From the NCBI GenBank assembly GCA_963768055.1, contig CAVYGN010000001.1:1120001-1184000 (forward strand): a stretch of DNA of 64,000 bases. The letters are read 5' to 3'. Position numbers and translations under genes: made by a program. The first letter of the stretch is position 1. Every line of letters begins with the position of its first letter. The DNA comes from an uncultured Spirochaetota bacterium (GTDB lineage: Bacteria > Spirochaetota > Brevinematia > Brevinematales > JAOACQ01). Below are positions 40,566 to 50,606 of this stretch, one piece after another. The notes beneath the pieces are model-generated. The model saw only the letters and a program-made list of their open reading frames with translations. It ran no database searches and was not told the DNA's origin.

Positions 40566-41777
40566 ATGAACGGCCATATTGAAGAAGCTTTATCTGTAAG
40601 CGCTGTGGCTAAATTCATTTATTCGATCATATCTCAAAACATCTCGCCGATATGGATAAGAGGCGAGATATCAAATCTAAAGATCCAGCAAAACGGCAAC
40701 GTTTATTTCAATCTCAAGGACAGTGAATCAAAACTTAACGCCATGATAATGGCAAATTCCGGGGCCTGTTCAATGGTTCCCGGGTTAAAAAACGGACTGG
40801 AATTACTCATCCATGGCAGAGTTTCTTATTATAAAAAAGAGGGTTATATCACCCTTTTTGTAGACGAAGCGGAGTTTATAGGCGAGGGTCTTCTTAAGCA
40901 GAAATTCGACGAACTGAAAAACAGGCTTGAAAAAGAAGGTCTTTTCGACATGGCCCATAAAAGGAAAATACCGGAATATCCTCAATATGTCGGAGTCATA
41001 ACTTCCAGGAGCGGGGCTGCTATCCAGGATATCCTGAATGTTATTAACCGCAGGTTCAGCGGGGTTCACATCGTACTTTTTTCGGCTTCGGTCCAGGGCG
41101 ATTCGGCTAAGGATGAAATAGTCCGGGTAATTAAAATTGCCAATAAATTTGCGGGAGATATCCTGGATGTGCTCATTGTAGGAAGAGGGGGAGGTTCTCT
41201 TGAGGATCTGTGGTGCTTCAATGAAGAATCTGTGGCAAGGGCAATTTACGATTCAGGGATACCTGTCATTTCCGCCGTTGGCCATGAGATAGATTATACT
41301 ATTTCAGATTATGTAGCCGATCTCAGAGCTCCGACCCCTTCTGCGGCTGCGGAATTGGTTGTAAAAGATAAAAAAGACATTATAAGGCACATTACAATGC
41401 TAAAAGATAGAGTAGAAAGGCTTTTCAATGCTCAATACGATTCGTTAAAGAATTTCCTCGAAATCAGGGGTAAAAACGCTTTAAAAAGGCTCTTTCAGGA
41501 TCAGCTGTCAGACCTCGGCCTGTCTCTTGAAAATCTAAATATACGATTTTTAAATAATTTTAATAATTACCTTAACCAGGCTAAAAACTCCGTTCATTAT
41601 TATAAAGGGAAACTTGAAACTCTGCATCCCTATAATACTCTTAAAAGGGGGTATTCTATCACGTACCGTTATAATGATAACGGCACAAAGGACCTCATCA
41701 ATTCGATAAAAGAAATTTCTCCCGGAAATACGATCAATACGCTAATCCGTGATGGAGATTTCGATTCCCATGTCTAA
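40566..41777 (+). CDS. xseA: Exodeoxyribonuclease VII large subunit
   Basis: WIRGEISN, LEKEGLFD, GRGGGSLEDLW, VGHEID, APTPSAAAE. Confidence 0.96.
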   Translation: MNGHIEEALSVSAVAKFIYSIISQNISPIWIRGEISNLKIQQNGNVYFNLKDSESKLNAMIMANSGACSMVPGLKNGLELLIHGRVSYYKKEGYITLFVDEAEFIGEGLLKQKFDELKNRLEKEGLFDMAHKRKIPEYPQYVGVITSRSGAAIQDILNVINRRFSGVHIVLFSASVQGDSAKDEIVRVIKIANKFAGDILDVLIVGRGGGSLEDLWCFNEESVARAIYDSGIPVISAVGHEIDYTISDYVADLRAPTPSAAAELVVKDKKDIIRHITMLKDRVERLFNAQYDSLKNFLEIRGKNALKRLFQDQLSDLGLSLENLNIRFLNNFNNYLNQAKNSVHYYKGKLETLHPYNTLKRGYSITYRYNDNGTKDLINSIKEISPGNTINTLIRDGDFDSHV

Positions 41778-42109
41778 TCGTATTCATGGATAAACAGGAA
41801 CTTCGCATCCAGTTTATATTCTTTTACATCGAAAGTAATGAGAAGGGGGAGCTGATCCTGCCTTTCAAGGTAAATTGCGCCGAAGGTAAATAGGGTAGCC
41901 TTGTATTTCTTTCCCTGATATGTAAACTCCAATATATAAGGAGTTTCTTTTGTAATAGTTACGTTTGGAAGTTCCGCTTGCGATATCCTGGCTCCCTGCC
42001 AGACAAAGCCCTTAAATGGAAATACCACTTCACGGTAACTAAATCCGAAACTAAGCGATTGCATAAATATAAAAAGAATGATGGGAAGAAGCATCGTCCT
42101 GATACTCAT
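41774..42109 (-). CDS. Small exported hypothetical protein
   Basis: Signal-peptide-like N-terminus, SD ggagg, upstream TTGACA-N17-TATTAT (42137-42165). Confidence 0.65.
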   Translation of the reverse strand: MSIRTMLLPIILFIFMQSLSFGFSYREVVFPFKGFVWQGARISQAELPNVTITKETPYILEFTYQGKKYKATLFTFGAIYLERQDQLPLLITFDVKEYKLDAKFLFIHEYD

Positions 42110-42185
42110 AATAAGCCTCCTACTTAAACTAAATATATAATAATTCGATTTATAAACGGTGTCAATAGCAAAATTGAAATTACTT

Positions 42186-42250
42186 CAGTCAACAGTCGAA
42201 AGTCGACAGACAACGCAACTTCAGACTACAGGCTGATGACTGCAGACTAA
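42186..42250. repeat. Inverted pair of heptamer tandem arrays
   Basis: CAGTCAA CAGTCGA AAGTCGA CAGACAA ... AGACTAC AGGCTGA TGACTGC AGACTAA. Confidence 0.6.
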
Positions 42251-42305
42251 CGTTATATTGATATTTCCGATGCAGCGCCTTAAAATAATAAATGGAGATT
42301 TTCGG

Positions 42306-43844
42306 ATGGATTACAAGGTTACAGCAAGGAAATGGCGGCCCCAGTTATTCAGCGAGGTTATCGGCCAGGAAAATTTAATTAAAACAATCCAAAATTCCCT
42401 GTCAAGCGGCCGTATTCCCCATGCTTTCCTGTTCTCGGGGGTCAGAGGAGTAGGGAAAACTACTACCGCCAGAATTATTGCCAAATCCCTGAACTGCCGC
42501 AATCCTGAAGGTTTGGAGCCATGCAACAAGTGTTCTTCCTGCATCGAAATAACAAACGGTTATTCGCTCGATGTAATTGAAATAGACGGGGCTTCCAACA
42601 GGGGTATCGATAATATACGGGAACTGAAGGATACCGTTCTTTATATGCCGCTTTCAGGAAAATATAAGGTCTATATTATTGACGAAGTCCATATGCTTAC
42701 AAACGAGGCTTCTAACGCCCTTCTTAAGACGCTTGAAGAGCCTCCTTCTCACGCAGTGTTCATCCTTGCGACTACAGAAGCTCACAAGGTTATCCCCACT
42801 ATAAAATCACGATGCCAGCATTTTGTTTTTAAAAAAATATCATCAAAGAGTATAGTCGATCAACTGAAAAAAATAGCATCAGATGAAAAGATCAAATATA
42901 CCGAAGACGGTCTTTTTTTAATTGCAGACTCGGCGGACGGTTCCATGAGGGATGCCGAGAGCGTTTTTGACCAGATATCGATTTATTCAGACGGCGATAT
43001 TACCGAGAAAAGGGTTTCAGAACTTCTTGGAATTCCGGACGCTCATTATTTTATCGAGCTGATAGAATCGGCAAAGACCGGGGATATTATCAGGATGCTG
43101 AAAATGACTGAACTGTATTGCCTGAATGTCGGCGATATTAAAATATTCACAATGAACATGATATCTTTCCTTAAACAGGGCGTTTTAATAAAAAAACTGC
43201 CCTTTGACGATGAATTGCTGGATATAACTGAAAAAAAATACAAAGAATTGAAGGTATTTTTTGAAGATCTATCACAGCAGGAACTCATCAGGATGATCAA
43301 TATTTTTGTTGAGTTATATTCAGGCCTGAAAGGCGATTCCAGCGAGCGTTTTTTACTTGAAACAGCCCTGTTCAAAATGATGGACTATAAAAATATAGTT
43401 CCTCTGGGTGATTTAAAAAATGAAATAATCGCTCTGCTCAATTCTGAAAGAAAGGGGACAGGGGCCGATAAACAGACGGGGGATACTCCGGACAGGGAAA
43501 AAAATGAGCTTTTAAATACACTTGCATCAAGTCCGGTTTCAAAATCTATGCTTCATTCCGTCGAACATATAGATGTATCCGGTGAAAATATGTCCGTTTA
43601 TATAAACGATCTGCATTGTTATGAATATCTTGAAAAGAACAAAAAGGAAATCGAGACGGAATTAATAAAACGTACTGCTAAAAACATCCGTTTAAACTTT
43701 AGACTGAACAAGGATGGAAAACCGCCCTTTGAAAAGGAGGAGACTGAAATCCGTTCCGGCACAGAAACGGAAAAGGAAAAAGAGAAAGAAAAACCTCAAA
43801 TAGTAAACGATATAGTCAATTTATTCGACGGTAAAATACTGTAA
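42306..43844 (+). CDS. dnaX: DNA polymerase III subunit gamma/tau
   Basis: ARKWRPQ, GVRGVGKTT, EIDGASNRG, IIDEVHML, SRCQ; SD ggag before ATG 42306. Confidence 0.97.
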   Translation: MDYKVTARKWRPQLFSEVIGQENLIKTIQNSLSSGRIPHAFLFSGVRGVGKTTTARIIAKSLNCRNPEGLEPCNKCSSCIEITNGYSLDVIEIDGASNRGIDNIRELKDTVLYMPLSGKYKVYIIDEVHMLTNEASNALLKTLEEPPSHAVFILATTEAHKVIPTIKSRCQHFVFKKISSKSIVDQLKKIASDEKIKYTEDGLFLIADSADGSMRDAESVFDQISIYSDGDITEKRVSELLGIPDAHYFIELIESAKTGDIIRMLKMTELYCLNVGDIKIFTMNMISFLKQGVLIKKLPFDDELLDITEKKYKELKVFFEDLSQQELIRMINIFVELYSGLKGDSSERFLLETALFKMMDYKNIVPLGDLKNEIIALLNSERKGTGADKQTGDTPDREKNELLNTLASSPVSKSMLHSVEHIDVSGENMSVYINDLHCYEYLEKNKKEIETELIKRTAKNIRLNFRLNKDGKPPFEKEETEIRSGTETEKEKEKEKPQIVNDIVNLFDGKIL

Positions 43845-43867
43845 TATTAAAACAAGGGAGGAGCTTT

Positions 43868-44170
43868 ATGCCTGGTATAAATAACCTTAAGGATATGACA
43901 AAATTCAAAAAGATGGCGGATGATACAAAAAAAATCATGGAAGAAATACGGGCAACCGGCGTTTCAAAAAAGGGTTATGTGAAAATTACGCTTGATGGAG
44001 AAAAAGGACTGAAAAACATAGAGTTTTCAAGCAATGCAATGAAAACAACACCCGATGATTTATCAAAATGCGCGAAAGAAGCCCACAGGGCTGCGGCCAA
44101 AGAGGTTGATAAAATCGTTAAAAAACAGATGAAAAATTCAGGCCTTTCAAATTTCCTGCTTGGAAAATAG
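43868..44170 (+). CDS. ybaB: YbaB/EbfC nucleoid-associated protein
   Basis: 100 aa gene between dnaX and recR; ATG.S..G.VKITLDG motif. Confidence 0.85.
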   Translation: MPGINNLKDMTKFKKMADDTKKIMEEIRATGVSKKGYVKITLDGEKGLKNIEFSSNAMKTTPDDLSKCAKEAHRAAAKEVDKIVKKQMKNSGLSNFLLGK

Positions 44171-44173
44171 TAA

Positions 44174-44773
44174 ATGTTTTCAGAGGCGCTAAATTCCTTT
44201 ATTGCCGCTTTTTCAGAACTTCCGGGGATAGGCCGCAGATCCGGCGAACGGATCGCTTATTATCTTCTTACCCGGAGTGGTGATTTATCTGCCAAACTAT
44301 CGTCTGCAATAGATAATCTGAAGAAAAATACCCTTGTATGCGGCGTCTGTGGAAATTTATCGGATTATGATCCATGCTCTATATGTACCGACCCGGGTAG
44401 GGACAAGACAACCCTCTGCATTGTGGAAAGCCCGGCAGATATTTACCATCTTGAATCGACGAATATATACAAGGGACAATACCATTCTCTCGGCGGTGTG
44501 CTTTCACCTCTTAACGGCGTAACCCCCGATGATCTTAACATTAAAAGTCTTGTTTCAAGGCTGAGATCCGGCCCATTTAAGGAAATAATTTTCGCCACCA
44601 GCGCTACGACAGAAGGGGACGCTACGATTTTATATATTAAGGATTTGCTTAGCGGCGAGAAAGTAACTTTTTCACACCTGGCAAGAGGAATATCCGTAGG
44701 AATGAGCATTCAATACGCTGGTAATAAGAGCCTGACTGAAGCAATGAGGGGGAGGGAAAAGTTAATTGACTAA
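44174..44773 (+). CDS. recR: Recombination protein RecR
   Basis: LPGIGRRS, C4 zinc finger, CIVE, EGDAT Toprim. Confidence 0.96.
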   Translation: MFSEALNSFIAAFSELPGIGRRSGERIAYYLLTRSGDLSAKLSSAIDNLKKNTLVCGVCGNLSDYDPCSICTDPGRDKTTLCIVESPADIYHLESTNIYKGQYHSLGGVLSPLNGVTPDDLNIKSLVSRLRSGPFKEIIFATSATTEGDATILYIKDLLSGEKVTFSHLARGISVGMSIQYAGNKSLTEAMRGREKLID

Positions 44774-44794
44774 TTTAAAATATAAAGCTATAAT
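44766..44794 (+). promoter_or_regulatory. sigma70 promoter for carD
   Basis: TTGACT-N17-TATAAT overlapping the recR stop. Confidence 0.65.
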
Positions 44795-44821
44795 AATTAT
44801 ATCCTTATTTTCTTTATTTAT

Positions 44822-45322
44822 ATGGAATTGAAAATGTTTAAAATAGGCGAGAGAGTTTTTTATCCCTATCATGGCGCAGGTGAAATCCAGGGAGTTGAAG
44901 AAAAGGAATTTCTTGGATTAAAGAGGACATATTATATCATCCGTTTTCCCTTGACTGAAACAACAATAATGGTTCCTTCGGATAACACTAAAGAACTCGG
45001 CCTTAGAGACATCGCCAAACCCAGAGATATAAAAAGATGCCTTGAAGTCATTTCATCTCACAGCAGTGAAATCGATGAGGATTGGAAAATCCGTTACAAA
45101 AAACACCAGGATATGCTTAAATCGGGAACGATCGTAGAGGTTTCAATGGTCATTAAAAACCTCTTTAACAGGAACCAGGTCAAGGAATTATCCACAACCG
45201 AAAAAAAGCTTTACAACACGGCTCTTAATATGCTTGTCAGCGAGATAGCTCTTTCAGTCGGTAAAAACCAGGAGGATGTCAAAGGCGAAGTATTCCGCCT
45301 TTTAAACGATTCTTCAAAATAA
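44822..45322 (+). CDS. carD: CarD family transcriptional regulator
   Basis: FKIGERVFYPYHGAG, WKIRY (conserved Trp), LVSEIA. Confidence 0.92.
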   Translation: MELKMFKIGERVFYPYHGAGEIQGVEEKEFLGLKRTYYIIRFPLTETTIMVPSDNTKELGLRDIAKPRDIKRCLEVISSHSSEIDEDWKIRYKKHQDMLKSGTIVEVSMVIKNLFNRNQVKELSTTEKKLYNTALNMLVSEIALSVGKNQEDVKGEVFRLLNDSSK

Positions 45323-45383
45323 GGGCTTGTATTTCATACGGCAAAACATGAATCCAACTTAACATAATATATCTTATAGGAAA

Positions 45384-45923
45384 TTGAATATGGCGATTTC
45401 AAAAGTGTTTTTATTCGCCCTGATATCAATGTTTGTTCTTCAAAAATCGCTATCATATTCCAGTATCGGCATTGAAAAGGAAGAGATTTCCACCCTTTCA
45501 AATTCAATGGCTAACGGTAATTATTTTACTACTAATTCCGGCACGACAAATTCCCAATTAAATACTATAACTGAACCGGAACTTCCGAACAGTTATCTAA
45601 GCTCGGGAAAGATTGAAAATATAAAACCTGAAACCGTGCCGAGAAGAATGGACCTCATTTACTGGATCGCCATGCCCGCAATTTATTATTTTACAATAAC
45701 TATAATGTACACAAAAAACGAGCTGGTTTTTAATAATATTAACGTTGACAATGCCGATATGAATTATGTTTATTTGAATACGTTTATGATTCCGCTTGCC
45801 GCGGCTTATTTTGATTATTTATACCTGGATGATCAATACAGGCTGAAAGCAAAGACATTCGGCATGAATAATAACAGCGACTTATTATTAGTCTTCCTTC
45901 CGGTCATATATTATGAATTTTAA
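45384..45923 (+). CDS. Hypothetical exported/membrane protein
   Basis: Signal peptide, T/N/S-rich linker, hydrophobic segments, C-terminal Phe. Confidence 0.6.
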   Translation: MNMAISKVFLFALISMFVLQKSLSYSSIGIEKEEISTLSNSMANGNYFTTNSGTTNSQLNTITEPELPNSYLSSGKIENIKPETVPRRMDLIYWIAMPAIYYFTITIMYTKNELVFNNINVDNADMNYVYLNTFMIPLAAAYFDYLYLDDQYRLKAKTFGMNNNSDLLLVFLPVIYYEF

Positions 45924-45937
45924 GGGATCTTTTAAAA

Positions 45938-47050
45938 ATGAACGTTTTAGTCGTTAACTGGAGGGATATTTACAATCCTGAAGCCGGAGGGGCCGAAGTT
46001 CATATAGATGAAATCCTTAAAAGGAAGCCGGGAAGCTGGAACGTTGATTTTGTTTCAGCAATGTTTAAAAATTCTCCGCCGGAGGCAGAGACCCCGGATT
46101 ATAAAATCTACAGGATACAGAATAACTTTTTTTTTAATTTTAATTTCAAAAATTACTACAACAGGGTCCTTTCAAAAAATAAATACGACCTGATAATCGA
46201 CGACATATCGAAAATTCCTCTTGCGATACCCGGATATGTGAAAAACATTCCTGTAATAGCGGTAATTCATCATATTCATGGAAGCAGCCTTTACAGCGAA
46301 CTGAATCCTCCCGCGGCATTTTATGTTTCATCGATGGAGAGGTATTTTTTAAGATATTATATAAATAGTCCGGTAATCGCTGTTTCCGAAAGCACAAAAA
46401 ACGAATTGCTGGGCCTTTACCCTTATAAGAAAATTTCAGTTTCGAATAACGGCATAGATTATGATATCCTGAGCCGTGGATTTAAAATAAACGATCAAAA
46501 GGCCCCTATTCTTCTCTCCCTGGGCAGGTTGAAAAGATATAAAAGGATAGATCATATAATCCGTTCGTTCGCCATTTTAAAGAATAAAAAAAGTACTGCG
46601 GAATTATGGATAGCCGGCAAGGGAAGCGATGAAAAGCGTTTAAAAAAGATGACCGAGAACCTAGGATTAAGCGATTCCGTCAAGTTCCTGGGTTTTATAA
46701 GCGATAAGGATAAAATTTCAGTATTCTCAAAATCAAAAATTTTCCTGATCGCTTCGGAAAAGGAGGGATGGGGAATATCCGTACTTGAAGCTAACGCGGC
46801 GGGGCTGCCGGCTATAGGTTATGATGTTGAAGGCTTGAGGGACTCCATTAAGGACGGTTATTCGGGTTATCTGGTCAGGAATAACGATATCGGACAATTC
46901 GCGGAAAAAATCACCGGCATTCTCGACGACGAAGGTCTTGCCCTGAAATTGGCCAGCCAGGCCAATAACTGGGCCAGGGGATTTTCCTGGGACAATATGG
47001 CTCTTAATTTTTACAGGATTATCAGGGAAAAATATGGAATATTATTTTGA
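45938..47050 (+). CDS. Glycosyltransferase family 4
   Basis: NPEAGGAE, LGRLKRYKR, EGWGISVLEANAAG (EX7E). Confidence 0.92.
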   Translation: MNVLVVNWRDIYNPEAGGAEVHIDEILKRKPGSWNVDFVSAMFKNSPPEAETPDYKIYRIQNNFFFNFNFKNYYNRVLSKNKYDLIIDDISKIPLAIPGYVKNIPVIAVIHHIHGSSLYSELNPPAAFYVSSMERYFLRYYINSPVIAVSESTKNELLGLYPYKKISVSNNGIDYDILSRGFKINDQKAPILLSLGRLKRYKRIDHIIRSFAILKNKKSTAELWIAGKGSDEKRLKKMTENLGLSDSVKFLGFISDKDKISVFSKSKIFLIASEKEGWGISVLEANAAGLPAIGYDVEGLRDSIKDGYSGYLVRNNDIGQFAEKITGILDDEGLALKLASQANNWARGFSWDNMALNFYRIIREKYGILF

Positions 47051-49376
47051 CGCTCTTGAATTTAACCTGTTAATACCTATAATTGAAAAATATATAAAAA
47101 CTTATCCGGGTAATAAGGAACTTCAAGCGATAAAGAGGGTTTTGCCGGCGGAGGCGGCCCGGCAAGAACTTATCCTGACCGAGCAGATGGCCCAGTTATT
47201 AAAATTCGATTCCTCGATCTCTTTCGAGGAATTGTCCGATATCGGGGAATCTCTGGATAATTCATCCATAAACGGCTTTGCACTTGGAACCGATGAAATT
47301 CTTGAAATAAAAAAAAGCATAGTTATCCTGAAAGACATTGAAGCATCCCTGGCCCCCTATTCTGAAAAATATCCCGGGCTTAATTCTCTTTTTAATGGGG
47401 CGCCGGACTGCGGCGGCCTGAGGCAGGCCATTGCGCGCGTTATCGACGACAGCGGAACGGTACTCGACAGCGCCTCGGCCGAACTTTCCAGGATAAGAAA
47501 AAGAAAGTCTTCGGTAAGAACGGATATTCATTCCTTTATGTCTTCCCTGCTTGAAAAAAAATCCTTCAAGGAAATTGTTCAGGAAAACTATATCACTATA
47601 AGGGAGGACAGGTTTGTTGTGCCGATAAAGGCTCAGCATAAGAATAAGCTCAAATCGGAATTTAATTACATAGTCCATTCTTTTTCAAAATCCGGCGAAA
47701 CCGCATTCATTGAACCAGGCGGAATTATCGAATTGAATAATGAAATTGTTGAGATCGACGGCCAGGAAGCCCTTGAAATCAACAGGATCCTGCAGAATTT
47801 GACTCTTCTCATAAGGGATAGAAGTGATGCGCTTCGGACTGTGTCCGGCCTCATAGGCAGGATCGAGATTATATTCGCCAAGGCTAAATTTGCGATTGAA
47901 ATGGACTGCAGTTTTCCGGAAATCAGGACTGATAAGGCATGCCTTAGGCTGCGAAAGGCCCGCCATCCGCTCCTGGGCGGACAATCGGTGCCGATAGATA
48001 TTGAAGTCGGCTTTAATAACCGGGGCCTTATTATTTCAGGGCCTAACGCGGGCGGTAAAACCGTCGCCTTAAAATGCGCGGGACTGCTTAGTTTAATGGC
48101 GTTATGCGGAATTCCCATCCCTGCGGACAGATCGTCGCAGATCGGTTATTACACTGGCATTATGGCCGAAATCGGCGACGAGCAAAGCATCTCATTAAAT
48201 CTTTCAAGTTTTTCAGGCCATATTTTAAAAATTGCGAAAATTTTAAGCGTCTGCGGGCCCTCTACCCTTGTCCTTATAGATGAAATCGCCTCTTCTACTG
48301 AACCGAGGGAGGGAGAGGCCCTCGGGAGGTCGATAATCCGCTACCTCCTGGACAAAGGTGCGGATTTTATCATTACAACCCATTTTCAGGCCCTGAAAGA
48401 GATCCCGTATACCGATGACAGGGTTAAAAACGCATCGGTGGATATAGACGAGGAAAAACTCATTCCGCTTTATACACTGAGGACAGGATCCACCGGGTCG
48501 AGTTACGCTATAAGGATCGCGAAAAAATACGGGCTCGACGATACGATCATTAAAGACGCCGAGGATTACATCGAGCAAAAGAATTCCTCGCCTGAGGCTT
48601 TAATGAAAAGACTTGAGATTGAACGGAACGAACTTTCAAAAAAACGAGACATTACAGAAAAACATATGGAAGAAAGCCGTACTTTGAAAGAATTTTATCA
48701 AAAACTCCTTGACGAACTGGAATCGGAAAAGAGGGAACTGCATAAAAAGGGCATATTGAAAGCGAGGAAAGAACTTGACGAGGTATTGAATAAAATTTCG
48801 GGCCTGAAGGAGGAATTAAAAAAAAGGGACTCCGAGGCTTTAAAAAAGGCAAGACAGGGGGTGCAGGAGGCCGAAACCATACTTGACAAAACGGAAGAGC
48901 TTATTGTCAGGGAAGAGAGAATCCACCCGGCTGATATTTCAAAAGGCATGAACGTTTTTGTAGGTGGACTCAACAAGGAGGGGTACATAGAGGAAATCCT
49001 AGGGGACAGGGTAAAGGTCAGGCTCGGAATACTGAGTGTAACGGCTGAATTGGGCGACATATACGAGGCAAAAAACAAGGCGCGTGGAGAAAAGGCTGCA
49101 TCGTCATCCGGCAAACCGGCGCTGCAGCAGGGTGAAATGATTTCAATAGACGTAAGGGGGAAAACAGCCGAAGAGGCCCTTAAAATAGTGGAAAAGAGCA
49201 TTGATACGGCTTTTATGAAAGGGTCGTCCTATCTTTCGATAATCCATGGCAAGGGAGAGGGCATTTTAAAAAAGGAAATATGGAAATACCTGAGGGAGCT
49301 GGACAATGTCCGGAGTTTCGATTACGCCAGGCCCGAAGAGGGCGGCCAGGGCAGGACTATTGTTTTATTTAAATAA
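47034..49376 (+). CDS. mutS2: Endonuclease MutS2 (RqcU)
   Basis: SGPNAGGKT, IGDEQSI, LIDE, TTHF, coiled coil, KOW, Smr IIHGKG. Confidence 0.95.
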   Translation: MEYYFDALEFNLLIPIIEKYIKTYPGNKELQAIKRVLPAEAARQELILTEQMAQLLKFDSSISFEELSDIGESLDNSSINGFALGTDEILEIKKSIVILKDIEASLAPYSEKYPGLNSLFNGAPDCGGLRQAIARVIDDSGTVLDSASAELSRIRKRKSSVRTDIHSFMSSLLEKKSFKEIVQENYITIREDRFVVPIKAQHKNKLKSEFNYIVHSFSKSGETAFIEPGGIIELNNEIVEIDGQEALEINRILQNLTLLIRDRSDALRTVSGLIGRIEIIFAKAKFAIEMDCSFPEIRTDKACLRLRKARHPLLGGQSVPIDIEVGFNNRGLIISGPNAGGKTVALKCAGLLSLMALCGIPIPADRSSQIGYYTGIMAEIGDEQSISLNLSSFSGHILKIAKILSVCGPSTLVLIDEIASSTEPREGEALGRSIIRYLLDKGADFIITTHFQALKEIPYTDDRVKNASVDIDEEKLIPLYTLRTGSTGSSYAIRIAKKYGLDDTIIKDAEDYIEQKNSSPEALMKRLEIERNELSKKRDITEKHMEESRTLKEFYQKLLDELESEKRELHKKGILKARKELDEVLNKISGLKEELKKRDSEALKKARQGVQEAETILDKTEELIVREERIHPADISKGMNVFVGGLNKEGYIEEILGDRVKVRLGILSVTAELGDIYEAKNKARGEKAASSSGKPALQQGEMISIDVRGKTAEEALKIVEKSIDTAFMKGSSYLSIIHGKGEGILKKEIWKYLRELDNVRSFDYARPEEGGQGRTIVLFK

Positions 49377-49500
49377 TCCACAGATATTGCAAATGACGCA
49401 GATTCGATAAAAAATATATTTCTTCCTTTTGTCAATAATGATTGATGTCGAAGTAATACCGCATCATAACGCCCGACTTTAATCTGGATAATCTGTGGTT
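49377..49500. repeat. ~125 bp intergenic element bounded by inverted 9-mer tandem repeats
   Basis: Starts CCACAGAT ATTGCAAAT GACGCAGATT, ends AATCTGGAT AATCTGTGGTT. Confidence 0.55.
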
Positions 49501-49510
49501 TCAACCCCGT

Positions 49511-50603
49511 TCATGCCCTGCTTTTCAGATAGCCTATGATAAAACCGTCTATGTCCCCGTCCATGACTATCTGGACGTTTTTATTCTCAATCCCTGTGCG
49601 GTGGTCTTTTACAAGCGTGTAAGGCTGAAAGGTGTAACTGCGGATCTGGCTTCCCCACTCTATGGACTTTTTTTCCGGCATGTTTTTCAGCTTTTCAGCT
49701 TCCTGTTTTTCAAGTTCGAGTTCGTAAAGCTTGGACCGGAGCATTTTCATAGCCATTTCGCGGTTCTGGAGCTGCGACCTCTCTATCTGGCAGGCTACAA
49801 CAGTACCTGTAGGCAAGTGAGTGATCCTGACGGCGGATTCCGTTTTATTAACGTATTGCCCCCCGGCCCCGCTCGCCCTGTAAGTGTCTATCTTGAGATC
49901 TTTGGGATCTATATCGAGATTAATAGTTTCATCCACTTCGGGAGATACCCCAATGGAGCAGAAAGAGGTTTGCCTCTTGTTATTCGCATTAAAGGGGGAA
50001 AGTCTCACAAGGCGGTGAATACCGTTTTCAGCCTTTAAAAGGCCGTATGCGAACCGCCCCTTGATGAAAAGCGTGGCGTCTTTTAAACCGGCGACTTCCC
50101 CCGGCTCATAATTGACCAATTCAAGGGAAAAACCCTTTCTTTCCGACCATCTCTGGTACAGGCGCAAAAGCATTTCAGCCCAATCCTGGGATTCCGTCCC
50201 TCCGGCACCTGGGTGGATATTGAGGAAAGCGTTATTTGCGTCGAATTCCCCCCTGAACATCATTACCGTTTCAAGCTCCGAAAGGGTTTTCAGAAGTTTT
50301 TCATATTCATCCCCGACACTGTTCATCATACCGGTTTCGTTGTCGTTCTCGGCAAGTTCCGCCATTTCGACAAGGTCAGAGATCCTCGGCTTTAAATCCA
50401 GCCATCCGGCCAGTTCCCTTTCAAGGGCCGATGATTTCGACGAAAGCTCAGAGGAAAGCTTATGGTCGGTCCAGGCTTTTTCGTCGTTAAGGCTATCTTT
50501 CAGTTTATCGAGCCGTATCAATTTTTCATCGATCTCAAAGATGCCTCCAGTCTTCCTGGAGTTCTCTTAGCAATTCCCTGCATTTATCGGAGAGAGCGCC
50601 CAT
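49511..50603 (-). CDS. prfB: Peptide chain release factor 2, with programmed +1 frameshift after codon 22
   Basis: ATG 50603 opens MGALSDKCRELLRELQEDWRHL-stop; GGAGG-CAT-CTT-TGA at 50548-50535; +1 frame holds SPF and GGQ motifs. Confidence 0.96.
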
Positions 50604-50606
50604 GTT

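Noticed and set aside
42110..42305. SRP RNA or tRNA upstream of dnaX
   Set aside because: No SRP domain IV motif or cloverleaf recognisable
43225..43510. dnaX gamma-producing frameshift or slippage at A runs
   Set aside because: A7-A8 runs are common throughout this AT-rich sequence and I saw no convincing stimulatory structure
49511..50521. prfB as an N-terminally truncated gene or pseudogene
   Set aside because: Explained by the programmed +1 frameshift with upstream ATG at 50603
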